Assembly (NCBI GenBank): GCA_041577335.1
Contig: JBFGJH010000025.1
Coordinates: 1-39,479, forward strand
Direction of reading: 5' to 3'
Length of the DNA stretch: 39,479 nt
Source of the DNA: Acidimicrobiia bacterium
Lineage (GTDB): Bacteria > Actinomycetota > Acidimicrobiia > Spongiisociales > JAENVV01
A model generated the notes under the pieces. It saw only the letters and a list, made by a program, of their open reading frames with translations. It was not told the DNA's origin and did no database searches. Numbering within the stretch: the first letter of the stretch is position 1; each line of letters starts with the position of its first letter. The translations under genes were made by a program, and so were the position numbers. Shown here piece by piece: positions 30,793 through 39,479 of this stretch.

Positions 30793-32456
30793 GTCTCGGC
30801 GACTGCCTCGGCGGCTGCTGCCAGCAGCCCTCGATGGAGAGCTTCGTTCTCACCTCGGTCGGTGACGACCTCGAGTACCTGCATACCTTTGGGCGGGGCC
30901 GCCAATGCGTCGGTGAGTTCTTCGGATCCGCCGATACGCCGATGGTGGGCGCCGAATCCTTCGACGATGGCTGCGAGGTTCTGGCCGTGGGGTACAACAA
31001 GCAGCTCTTCGAAATACTCAGGATGCTCGACCTGTGGCAAGAAATGGAAGATGCCACCCCCATCGTTGTTGACGACGACCATGGTCAGATCGAGATTGAG
31101 CCGGTCGGCGGTGATGAGCGCAGTGGCGTCATAGAGCAGCGACAGGTCGCCCGCCAGCGCGTAGGTGGGACGACCGGCAACCGCCGAGGTGCCCAGCGCC
31201 GACGAGATGAATCCGTCGATGCCGTTGGCTCCCCGATTGCCCATCACCATCGGTGGGTCGTCGCGCCCCGGCCAGAAGCTGTCGACGTCTCGGACAGGCA
31301 TGGACGATGCCACCCACAGCACGGCCTCCGACGGGATCGATGCGAGCGTCAATCGGGCCGTGGCCGGTTCGGATGGGAACGGCAGGGAAGCAAACACCGA
31401 CTGGACGCGATCCTCGGCGCTTCGCCATTGGTGGAGCCAGCGGACCGATCCACCGACGTGGTCGAGCAGTGCAAGAGCTGTCGCATCGGCATCTGCGGAA
31501 ATCATCAACGGCGCCACCGGCTGAGGCTCTCGCCACCCGGGAGTGTCGATGATGATTTGGCGAATCTGGGGATTGGCGGCTTGCCACAGCCCCAGAGCCT
31601 TGGAGGTGGCCGGGGCGCCGACCCGGATCATGACGTCGGGCCGCAGCTCCGAGTCCAGCATCCCAACCCGGGCCAAGGTGTCGCCGGTGCTGATCACGTT
31701 GGGATGGCCGTTGCGGAGATTGGAGAGTGGATCGGCTACCACCGGTGCCCCCATGGCTTCGGCGAGATCAAGCACCGCAAGCAAGGGAGCCGACGTAGGC
31801 CCGGCAACGATCACCACCCGCCGGCCTTCCACCATCTCGGCTACGGCGGTCAGCGCAGTCTGAGACGCAACGGTCAGTCCCGGCTCCACACTCGGTGCAC
31901 GGGGCGGGTCGGGTCGCTGTCGATCGACGGGCGCCAGGGGGTCGCGGAGCGGCACGTTGATGTGAACTGGCCCTGGGCCCATGGCGACCGATTCGTTCCA
32001 CGCCTGGGCAGCAACCCTTGCGACATATGGAAGGAGGCTGGGATCAGGTGTGGCCAGCTCGTGGAACCATTTCGGCGCATTCGCGTAGAGGTGGTTCTGG
32101 TTGATGGCCTGCGGGGCAGCTACGTCACGCAACTCAGGTGGTCGATCTGCGGTGAGAACGATGAGCGGCACCCCCGAGACCGCCGCTTCGTGCACGGCCG
32201 GAGCGTATTCGGCGGCGGCGGTCCCCGACGTGCATACCAGCACAGCCGGCTGCCCCGTGTACTTGGCCGCCCCCAACGCGAAAAACGCCGCCGAGCGCTC
32301 ATCGAGATGCACCGAGTGGGTGATCCGGTCATGGTCGGCGAAAGCGATTGCCAACGGCGTGTTGCGCGATCCGGGAGTGATGGCGGCGTGGCAGACGCCG
32401 AGCGCCGCCAGCGTGCCGGCCAGCGTGTCGGTGAAGAGGTAGTTGGGGTTCGCCAC
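30789..32456 (-). CDS. menD: SEPHCHC synthase
   Basis: GTG 32456; PGSRNTPL, DERSAAFFALG, TSGTA, TADRP, GPVHINVP, NRGANGIDG, GDLSLLYD, NNDGGGIF. Confidence 0.97.
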   Translation of the reverse strand: MANPNYLFTDTLAGTLAALGVCHAAITPGSRNTPLAIAFADHDRITHSVHLDERSAAFFALGAAKYTGQPAVLVCTSGTAAAEYAPAVHEAAVSGVPLIVLTADRPPELRDVAAPQAINQNHLYANAPKWFHELATPDPSLLPYVARVAAQAWNESVAMGPGPVHINVPLRDPLAPVDRQRPDPPRAPSVEPGLTVASQTALTAVAEMVEGRRVVIVAGPTSAPLLAVLDLAEAMGAPVVADPLSNLRNGHPNVISTGDTLARVGMLDSELRPDVMIRVGAPATSKALGLWQAANPQIRQIIIDTPGWREPQPVAPLMISADADATALALLDHVGGSVRWLHQWRSAEDRVQSVFASLPFPSEPATARLTLASIPSEAVLWVASSMPVRDVDSFWPGRDDPPMVMGNRGANGIDGFISSALGTSAVAGRPTYALAGDLSLLYDATALITADRLNLDLTMVVVNNDGGGIFHFLPQVEHPEYFEELLVVPHGQNLAAIVEGFGAHHRRIGGSEELTDALAAPPKGMQVLEVVTDRGENEALHRGLLAAAAEAVAET

Positions 32457-32474
32457 GGATGGAAGAATACCGGT

Positions 32475-33236
32475 ATGACAGCCACGCTCATACCAGTCGT
32501 CGGCACCGGGCCCATCAAGGTGACTGGCGTGCATGGCTTCAGCCAAACCGGTGGCATGTGGCGTGAAGTCGCCGAGCTGAGCGGCCTCGGCATGGTTGCA
32601 CCCGACCTGCCGGGCCACGGGTCCGCGTGGCCAGGGCTTACCCGATGGGAGGATGCGGTGGCGGCCGTCACGACGCTGCTGGGCCCTCGACCAACGGTCC
32701 TGGTTGGATACTCACAAGGGGGACGGGTGGCGCTGGGGGCAGCGCTGGCCACTCCCAGGTCGATTCGTCACCTCGTGCTCATCTCGGTCCGTCCCGGGCT
32801 GGCAGACGCTGCCGACCGTCACGCCCGTCGACAGGCCGATGAGCAGTTGGCTGCTCAAATCGAAGCCGGGGGAGTGGCGGCCTTCGTCGACGCCTGGATG
32901 GGGCGACCCCTGTTTGCCGGGCTCGGCGAACGCCCCTCCGAATGGCTTCGACGAGACCGCGCGATGCGCCTTGTCAACACGGCGGAAGGCCTGGCGGCAG
33001 CTCTCAGAGGCTATGGGCTTGGGGCGATGCCCTATCTCGGGGGGCGGCTGGCCGAGCTCGCTTTGCCAGTGACGCTCGTCGTGGGAGAGACCGACGAGCC
33101 CATGGTCGCGGCTGCCCGCCGGATGGCAGAGCGCATGCCGCACGCGAGCATCCGGGTGGCCCCGGGTACCGGCCATTCAGTCGTCGGAGAGGCACCCGAG
33201 TGGGTCGCAACGCTCCTGGCGGAGCTGGCCGGCTAG
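32475..33236 (+). CDS. menH: SHCHC synthase (alpha/beta hydrolase)
   Basis: VHGFSQTG, DLPGHG, GYSQGGR, RRQADEQLA, VGETD, GTGH; start ATG 32475 (the track's 800-aa ORF is over-extended). Confidence 0.85.
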   Translation: MTATLIPVVGTGPIKVTGVHGFSQTGGMWREVAELSGLGMVAPDLPGHGSAWPGLTRWEDAVAAVTTLLGPRPTVLVGYSQGGRVALGAALATPRSIRHLVLISVRPGLADAADRHARRQADEQLAAQIEAGGVAAFVDAWMGRPLFAGLGERPSEWLRRDRAMRLVNTAEGLAAALRGYGLGAMPYLGGRLAELALPVTLVVGETDEPMVAAARRMAERMPHASIRVAPGTGHSVVGEAPEWVATLLAELAG

Positions 33237-33253
33237 GGAAACCCAGATAGGCG

Positions 33254-33631
33254 CTATGAGAGAAACAAGGCGATGAGCGCGACGAGCGGTGGCAACCCTT
33301 GGACGAGGGCTCCGCGCAGGAGTTTGCGGTTGGACGTGACGAGCACGAATGCCGCCAACACCATGAGCCAACTCGTGAAAATGATGATCGGCACTCCGGA
33401 CGGCTCATCCGCGACTGCAAGGCCCGCTGCCACGAGCGTACCCACCCCGAGGCCGAGGTTGTAGAAGCCCTGGTTGTAGATGGCGAACGCGGTTGCCGCC
33501 GCGGCCTCCTTGGTCCTCACCCCAAACAACCGGTAGACCGCAGGCCTATCCCACAACAAGCTCTCGAGCACAAAGAACCCGATGTGGAGGATGCCGGCGA
33601 GGGTCGCCGCGGCATAGGCAACGGTCTGCAT
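33254..33631 (-). CDS. DUF1304 family membrane protein
   Basis: LHIGFFVLESLLW, NQGFYNLGL, QGLP; four TM helices. Confidence 0.88.
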   Translation of the reverse strand: MQTVAYAAATLAGILHIGFFVLESLLWDRPAVYRLFGVRTKEAAAATAFAIYNQGFYNLGLGVGTLVAAGLAVADEPSGVPIIIFTSWLMVLAAFVLVTSNRKLLRGALVQGLPPLVALIALFLS

Positions 33632-33638
33632 CGACCAA

Positions 33639-33947
33639 TCAGCTCGCTACAAAACGTTTGGCTTCGGCTACGAGGGCCGTCCAACGCTTCACGTCGAAGT
33701 CGGGGATCTTCACCCATTCCCGGAATACTCGACCGTTCGGGGCGAACGGATCTCCGATCCCATCATCGACGAGCTCGGCGACTCGCTGTTCGTGCAGCTT
33801 CACGATGAGATGTCCGGTTTGTGGCTCGAGCGAAGCGAAGAACTCCCCATGCGACCGCAGGCATGGGAAGCCCAACATGGTGGAGCGTTCTACTCCCGTT
33901 TGTTGGAGGAACTTCTCTTCGATCGCTTCGTAACCCGCGACGGACAT
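33639..33947 (-). CDS. TfoX-N/MmcQ-like small protein
   Basis: MLGFPCLRSHGEFFA, LIVKL, FAPNGRVFREWV; start ATG 33947. Confidence 0.7.
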   Translation of the reverse strand: MSVAGYEAIEEKFLQQTGVERSTMLGFPCLRSHGEFFASLEPQTGHLIVKLHEQRVAELVDDGIGDPFAPNGRVFREWVKIPDFDVKRWTALVAEAKRFVAS

Positions 33948-33970
33948 GGGGGGCACGCTACCCCATCTCG

Positions 33971-34846
33971 TCAGCCCAGCGTGGCGCCGACCGCCATCGA
34001 GATGCCCATGAGCAGGTGGAGGCGCCCAACGCCCTTGAGGACACCGATCAGCTTGGCGCCGTCGACCTCCGTCGCCACCGTTCGTACCAGTGGGGCAGCC
34101 CACGGAGCCCAGAACAGTGCAATGCCCGTGGCCAAGGGGACGAGGCGAGCGATCACCAGCACGAACAGGCTTGCGAATGCCCCCCAGATGAGGACGGCGA
34201 AGAGCGTTCTGGTCCGATCTCGGCCGAGAATCACAGCCAGGGTTCTCTTCCCGGCGGCTGCGTCGGTCTCGATGTCCCTGATGTTGTTGGCCACCAGGAT
34301 CGCCGTCACTGGCAGTCCCACCGGTATCGATAGGAGCCAAGCGTCCAGAGGAGCGGCGTTGTCGTACACGTACCGCGTGCCAACGGTGGCGACGACGCCG
34401 AAGAACAGAAACACAAAAACCTCGCCCAGACCCCGGTATCCATATGGTCTTGGGCCACCGACATACCCGAGCATTGCCACCGTTGAGATGACGCCGATTA
34501 CAGCAACGATCCAACCGGCGACCGTGATCAAGTAGACCGCAGCCAACGCCCCGACGGATACTGCAATCCACGTGGCGACCCACATCGCCCGAGAGGTCAC
34601 CAATCCAGTGGCCACTGCTCGAGCCGGCCCGACCCGGTCCTCCGTGTCGGCTCCCCGCTTGGCATCGGATGCGTCATTGGCGAAGTTGGCGCCGATCTGA
34701 ATGGCGAGAGCCGCGACAAGCACTGCCGCGAAGACATCCCAGCGAAACACTCCGTCTCCTGCTGCGAGACCCGAGCCAACGAGGACCGGCACGATCGCCG
34801 CGGGAAGGGTGGCCGGCCGGGCTGCCTCGACCCAGATGCGGAACAT
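33971..34846 (-). CDS. menA: DHNA polyprenyltransferase
   Basis: ARPATLPAA, NFANDASD, YGYRGLGE, NNIRDIETD, GKRTLAV. Confidence 0.96.
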   Translation of the reverse strand: MFRIWVEAARPATLPAAIVPVLVGSGLAAGDGVFRWDVFAAVLVAALAIQIGANFANDASDAKRGADTEDRVGPARAVATGLVTSRAMWVATWIAVSVGALAAVYLITVAGWIVAVIGVISTVAMLGYVGGPRPYGYRGLGEVFVFLFFGVVATVGTRYVYDNAAPLDAWLLSIPVGLPVTAILVANNIRDIETDAAAGKRTLAVILGRDRTRTLFAVLIWGAFASLFVLVIARLVPLATGIALFWAPWAAPLVRTVATEVDGAKLIGVLKGVGRLHLLMGISMAVGATLG

Positions 34847-34852
34847 CAGTGC

Positions 34853-35743
34853 CTAGTAATGCCAGGGGAACGGGGAATAATCCTGATCCCGCTTTTCCAG
34901 GAATGCGTCCCGGCCCTCCTGGGCTTCGGGGGTGCCATACGCCAGCCGCGTCGCTTCTCCCGCAAAGAGCTGCTGGCCGACCAGCCCATCGTCGGGAAGG
35001 TTGAATCCATACTTGAGCATGCGAATCGCAGTCGGCGACTTCGACAAGATGATTCGCCCCCACTCCAATGCAGTCGCCTCGAGTTCGTCGTGTGGCACCG
35101 ATGCATTGGCCATGCCCATGGACACTGCTTCCTCTGCTGAGTAGTCGAAACCCAGGAAGAACACCTCGCGAGCGCGCTTCTGGCCGATCTGGCGGGCCAG
35201 CAACGCCGAGCCGTATCCAGAGTCGAACGACGCCACGTCGGGGTCGGTCTGCTTGAACACCGCGTGCTCGGCGCTGGCAATCGTGAGGTCGCAAACAACG
35301 TGGAGGGAGTGACCGCCGCCGACGGCCCATCCTGGCACCACGGCGATCACCACCTTCGGCATGAACCTGATGAGGCGCTGCACCTCGAGGATGTGCAGTC
35401 GCCCGAGCCGGGCGGGATCCGGGCCATCATCGCCCTCGTATTGATAGCCGTCTTTTCCCCGGATTCGCTGGTCGCCACCGGAACAGAACGCCCAACCTCC
35501 GTCCTTCGGTGAGGGCCCATTGCCGGTGAGGAGGACACACCCAACGTCGGATGTCATGCGAGCGTGTTCGAGTGCGCGATACAGCTCGTCGACGGTGTGG
35601 GGCCGGAAGGCGTTGCGCACGTCGGGACGATCGATGGCGACGCGGACCACGCCGGCGTCGGTGGCGCGGTGGTAGGTGACATCGGTGAAGTCGAAGCCTT
35701 CGACTTCGACCCACGACGATTCATCGAACAGCTCAGAGACCAT
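34853..35743 (-). CDS. menB: 1,4-dihydroxy-2-naphthoyl-CoA synthase
   Basis: RNAFRPHTVDEL, FCSGGDQ, LHILEVQRLIR, GGGHSLHVVCD, SFDSGYGS. Confidence 0.98.
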   Translation of the reverse strand: MVSELFDESSWVEVEGFDFTDVTYHRATDAGVVRVAIDRPDVRNAFRPHTVDELYRALEHARMTSDVGCVLLTGNGPSPKDGGWAFCSGGDQRIRGKDGYQYEGDDGPDPARLGRLHILEVQRLIRFMPKVVIAVVPGWAVGGGHSLHVVCDLTIASAEHAVFKQTDPDVASFDSGYGSALLARQIGQKRAREVFFLGFDYSAEEAVSMGMANASVPHDELEATALEWGRIILSKSPTAIRMLKYGFNLPDDGLVGQQLFAGEATRLAYGTPEAQEGRDAFLEKRDQDYSPFPWHY

Positions 35744-35785
35744 CGCAACCTTCTCATCGGCGAACGCCGATACTGTAGTGACCCC

Positions 35786-37111
35786 ATGGCCGGCTACTCA
35801 GACCTGGCGGTGCCCGACAGTGCCCGCCCCTTCATCACCGACGAACACCGCACGTATTCGTTCGGCGATGTCGCGGCGATGGTGCGCGAGCGCGCTGCCG
35901 GATTCGAAGCCAACTGGGGCGAGGTGATCGCCGTTACTCCAGACAACACCATCGAGTCGATCATCAGTTGCCTGGCGGTATGGGAGGCCGGAGGCGTGCT
36001 TCAGCTCGTCAACTCCCGCCTCACTCCGGGTGAGATGGCCCAACAGCTGGAACAGACCGGAGCGAACTGGGCTGGGCACACCGAATCTCCTCGACCGACG
36101 ACGTCGGGCGGCCCACTTCCTGACGATCATCCGGGCCTACCCCCTGCGTTGATCGTCTCGACCTCTGGCACGGGTGGCCGGTCGCGCCTGGTGGAGTTGA
36201 CCCGGGATAACCTGCTGGCCTCGGCTGAGGCGTCGAGCCAACACCTTCGACACACACCCGAGGACCGATGGCTGGCGGTGCTGCCGCTCTTCCACGTGGG
36301 AGGATTCTCGATCATCGTGCGCTCAATGCTGGTCGGGAGCGAGGTCGTGCTGCGGCGCTCGTTTGAACCTGCCCAGGTTGCCCACGACCTTCATCGAGTC
36401 ACTCTCGCCTCGCTGGTCGGTGCGATGCTCCCGAGAATCCTGGCTGCCGACCCAGGGCCCTACGCGGGGCTTCGGGCGGTCCTGGTCGGAGGAGGGCCCA
36501 CCGCCCAATCCACCCTCGACGAGGCAGTGGCCGCGGGCCTTCCGGTCTTGTCGACCTACGGCATGACCGAAACGGCCAGCCAGATCGCCACCGCTGCGCT
36601 CGGCGACGGTGCGCGGCGGAGGGCTCGCGCTCTGCAGGGCGCCGAGATCCGCATCGGTTCCTCCGGCGAGATCGAGGTTCGGGGACCCATGGTGAGTCGC
36701 CGGTATGTGGGTGAGCCACCTCGCGGCGCCGACGAATGGTTCCGCACCGGTGATCTCGGCACGATCGATGCCGATGGCTACCTGCGCGTCACCGGGCGGC
36801 GCGACGACCTCATCATTTCAGGGGGCGAGAACATCGTGCCGTCCGAGGTGGAGGAAGCGCTCGAAAGGGTCGAGGGAGTCCACGCCGCGGCCGTGTTCGG
36901 TGTGCCCCATCCCGACTGGGGACAGCAAGTGGTGGCGGCAGTGGTCGCCGACATTCCCCGGTCGGCCATCGAAACAGAGGTTCGAGGACATCTCGCCGGC
37001 TACAAGCTCCCGAAGGGGTGGCTGGAAGTCGAGGAGCTGCCGCGTAACCAGCTCGGCAAGGTCGACCGCAGGGCGCTCAAGCTCATGTTGGAAGAAACAG
37101 ATGGCCGATGA
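35786..37111 (+). CDS. menE: o-succinylbenzoate--CoA ligase
   Basis: STSGTGG, LPLFHVGG, TYGMTETASQ, FRTGDLG, GRRDDLIISGGENI, GKVDR; divergent from menB. Confidence 0.9.
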   Translation: MAGYSDLAVPDSARPFITDEHRTYSFGDVAAMVRERAAGFEANWGEVIAVTPDNTIESIISCLAVWEAGGVLQLVNSRLTPGEMAQQLEQTGANWAGHTESPRPTTSGGPLPDDHPGLPPALIVSTSGTGGRSRLVELTRDNLLASAEASSQHLRHTPEDRWLAVLPLFHVGGFSIIVRSMLVGSEVVLRRSFEPAQVAHDLHRVTLASLVGAMLPRILAADPGPYAGLRAVLVGGGPTAQSTLDEAVAAGLPVLSTYGMTETASQIATAALGDGARRRARALQGAEIRIGSSGEIEVRGPMVSRRYVGEPPRGADEWFRTGDLGTIDADGYLRVTGRRDDLIISGGENIVPSEVEEALERVEGVHAAAVFGVPHPDWGQQVVAAVVADIPRSAIETEVRGHLAGYKLPKGWLEVEELPRNQLGKVDRRALKLMLEETDGR

Positions 37112-37514
37112 CCTGACGGTGGGGCGATATGTGATCCCCGAAGCCGAGCTCCATTGGACGTTCAGTCCCAGCGGTGGCCCCGGCGGCCAGCACGCCAACC
37201 GTTCACATACGCGTGCGGAGCTGCGTTTCGACCTCGCCGCTTCCGAGGCTTTTCCCGCCGAGGTCCGCAATCGAATCGTCTCGGCGCTCAGCCTCACTGA
37301 CGGAATCGTGGTCGTGGCCGTGGACGAGTCCCGCAGCCAGTGGCGGAATCGCCAGACGGCACGGCGCCGGCTGGCCGAGCGCCTGCAGGAAGCCATGGTG
37401 CCGCCAACACCTCGCCGACCCACCAAACCGACACGCGCATCGAAGCAGCGGCGCCTCGACGAGAAGAAGGCGCGCAGCGAGACAAAGCGTCTGCGGCGGC
37501 CCCCACCGCTTTGA
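37101..37514 (+). CDS. arfB: Alternative ribosome rescue factor B (YaeJ)
   Basis: SGGPGGQHAN (GGQ motif), SRSQWRNR, basic tail RRPTKPTRASKQRRLDEK. Confidence 0.95.
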   Translation: MADDLTVGRYVIPEAELHWTFSPSGGPGGQHANRSHTRAELRFDLAASEAFPAEVRNRIVSALSLTDGIVVVAVDESRSQWRNRQTARRRLAERLQEAMVPPTPRRPTKPTRASKQRRLDEKKARSETKRLRRPPPL

Positions 37515-37545
37515 GTTGGGCGTCGAGGTTCTAGCATGCCGGGCG

Positions 37546-39479
37546 ATGAACCCGACTTCGAGAATCGATGGCGCCTCCGACTGGTATCGCGATGCCGTCA
37601 TCTACGAGGTGCATGTCCGAGCCTTCGCAGATAGCAACGGCGATGGAATCGGTGACTTCGTCGGGCTGACCTCACGGATCGACTACCTGAGGACCCTGGG
37701 CGTGAGTGCCATTTGGCTCCTGCCGTTCTATCCATCGCCGCTGCGCGACGATGGATACGACATCGCGGAGTATTTCGATGTTCATCCCAGCTACGGCACG
37801 CTCGATGATTTTCGTGAGTTTCTGGATGCTGCCCACGCCTGCAACATGAGGGTGATCACGGAGCTGGTGATCAATCACACGTCTGACAAGCACCCATGGT
37901 TCCAGCGAGCTCGACGAGCCGAGCCCGGCAGCCCCGAGCGCGATTTCTACGTGTGGAACGACACCCCGGACAAGTTCAGCGACGTACGAATCATCTTCCA
38001 GGACACCGAGTCGTCGAATTGGAGTTGGGACCCGCTGGCCGGCGCCTACTACTGGCACCGGTTCTTCTCCCATCAGCCCGATCTCAACTACGACAACCCA
38101 TTGGTTCGTGAATCCATCATCGAGGTGCTCGACTTTTGGTTGGACATGGGTGTTGACGGCCTGCGTCTCGATGCGATCCCCTATCTGTATGAGCGGGAAG
38201 GCACCAATAGCGAGAATCTGCCGGAAACACATGCTGAGCTGAAACGGCTCCGTGCCCACCTCGATGACAAGTATCCCGATCGAATGCTTCTGGCGGAGGC
38301 GAATCAGTGGCCAGAGGACTCCGTGGAGTATTTCGGGGACGGCGATGAATGCCATATGGCATTCCACTTTCCACTCATGCCGCGCCTGTATCTGGCACTG
38401 CAGAACGAGACTCGTATCCCCATCGTGGACATACTCGAGCAGACGCCCCCGATCCCGGCCGACGCCCAATGGGCCATTTTTCTGCGCAACCATGACGAGC
38501 TGACGTTGGAGATGGTGACCGAGGAAGAGCGAGATCTCATGTGGCGCACCTATGCGCCGGACCGGCGAGCTCGCCTCAATCTCGGGATACGAAGAAGGCT
38601 GGCGCCGTTGCTCGAGAACGATCGGCGACGCATGGAGCTCTTGTTCGGCTTGTTGTTCTCGTTGCCCGGAACGCCCGTTCTCTACTACGGAGACGAGATC
38701 GGCATGGGCGACAACATCTTCTTGGCAGACCGAGACGGGGTCCGCACACCCATGCAGTGGAGCAGTGACCGCAACGCCGGATTCTCGGAGGCGAACCGCC
38801 AGTCGTTGTATCTGCCCGTCGTGGTCGATCCGCAATTCCACTACGAGACCGTGAATGTCGACACTCAGAATCGCAGCCCGAACTCGCTTCTGAGCTGGGT
38901 TCGCCGCATGATCCGTCGCAGGCATGGCCACCCGGTGTTCGGGCGAGGTGACATCGAGTTCCTGTCGCCGGACAACCTTCATGTCCTGGCCTTTCTGCGC
39001 GAGGGCGAAGGCGAGACGATTCTCGTGGTGGCCAACCTCAGTCGCCACGCCCAATTCGTCGAGCTCGACCTGAGCAGGTACTCCGGGGCGGGCCCCATCG
39101 AGCTTCTCAGCGCCACCGCGTTTCCCACGGTTGGTGATCTGCCGTATCTCTTGACGCTCACGCCCTACGGCTTTTTCTGGTTTGTGGTCGAGTCGGGCGA
39201 GGTGGCACCGACACCTCACGATGGGCCACTCGTGATCAGCGGCCGGCTCGAAGATGCCTTCGATCACGGCAGCGCCCTCCTGGAAGCGGTTGCCCAGTAC
39301 ATCGAGACCAAGCCGTGGTATCGGGGAGCCGGACGGAGGCGCATCAACGTCGCGGCACCCGACATTGTTGCCTTCGACGAGATTGTTGCCTCCGACGAGG
39401 GTGAACAGAGTTGGTCATCCTGGATTCTCTTCGTCGACGTCGAATACTCCACGGGAGTCTCCGATCGGTATGTCGTGCC
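37546..39479 (+). CDS. treS: Trehalose synthase TreS fused to a probable maltokinase (Pep2) N-terminus; partial, runs off the window
   Basis: Absent from the ORF track because it has no stop; translated by eye: WYRDAVIYEVHV, DSNGDGIGDF, NHTSD, GLRLDAIPYL, LAEANQW, FLRNHDELT, YYGDEIGMGD, then PWYRGAGR..VDVEY..DRYVV. Confidence 0.95.
   Translation, partial: MNPTSRIDGASDWYRDAVIYEVHVRAFADSNGDGIGDFVGLTSRIDYLRTLGVSAIWLLPFYPSPLRDDGYDIAEYFDVHPSYGTLDDFREFLDAAHACNMRVITELVINHTSDKHPWFQRARRAEPGSPERDFYVWNDTPDKFSDVRIIFQDTESSNWSWDPLAGAYYWHRFFSHQPDLNYDNPLVRESIIEVLDFWLDMGVDGLRLDAIPYLYEREGTNSENLPETHAELKRLRAHLDDKYPDRMLLAEANQWPEDSVEYFGDGDECHMAFHFPLMPRLYLALQNETRIPIVDILEQTPPIPADAQWAIFLRNHDELTLEMVTEEERDLMWRTYAPDRRARLNLGIRRRLAPLLENDRRRMELLFGLLFSLPGTPVLYYGDEIGMGDNIFLADRDGVRTPMQWSSDRNAGFSEANRQSLYLPVVVDPQFHYETVNVDTQNRSPNSLLSWVRRMIRRRHGHPVFGRGDIEFLSPDNLHVLAFLREGEGETILVVANLSRHAQFVELDLSRYSGAGPIELLSATAFPTVGDLPYLLTLTPYGFFWFVVESGEVAPTPHDGPLVISGRLEDAFDHGSALLEAVAQYIETKPWYRGAGRRRINVAAPDIVAFDEIVASDEGEQSWSSWILFVDVEYSTGVSDRYVV
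39364..39399 (+). repeat. In-frame 18-bp tandem duplication (IVAFDE/IVASDE)
   Basis: ATTGTTGCCTTCGACGAG followed directly by ATTGTTGCCTCCGACGAG (17/18 identical). Confidence 0.85.

Noticed and set aside
30834..33236. 800-aa + strand ORF suggesting a large MenH fusion
   Set aside because: The first ~547 codons are the antisense shadow of menD; only 32475-33236 carries hydrolase motifs.
37672..39267. 531-aa minus-strand ORF
   Set aside because: Antisense shadow of treS with no recognisable motifs.

Overview
High-GC bacterial chromosomal segment, most consistent with an actinobacterium (Acidimicrobiia-like; inference). In order: (1) a Tad/Flp type IVc pilus operon (tadZ-tadA-tadB-tadC-flp-2x tadE-tadG plus a membrane accessory gene); (2) a housekeeping run rplY-pth-glpK-pgsA-SDR-PaaI-mfd-prsA-(methylase/mazG)-eno-divIC-DUF501-ppx-tRNA-Leu(UAA); (3) a more variable block with aceK, a hydrolase, polX, a GT2 glycosyltransferase, a CBS-BON protein, a small ORF + HTTM gene pair, DUF3105 and a second hydrolase; (4) a menaquinone cluster (menF, D, H, A, B, E; no menC) split over alternating strands; (5) arfB and a treS-maltokinase fusion running off the right edge, which the ORF track misses. 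No integrase, transposase or CRISPR array was seen. The most interesting signal is the pair at 26540-27936. It looks like a vitamin K-dependent gamma-carboxylase-like (HTTM) enzyme split into two coupled genes in swapped order, about 1.5 kb from the vitamin K2 biosynthesis genes. Also notable: a stand-alone aceK beside the tRNA, probable ATT and CTG start codons, widespread leaderless-type promoters, and shared bidirectional -10 elements in the men cluster. All calls come from motif recognition by eye; no searches were run.
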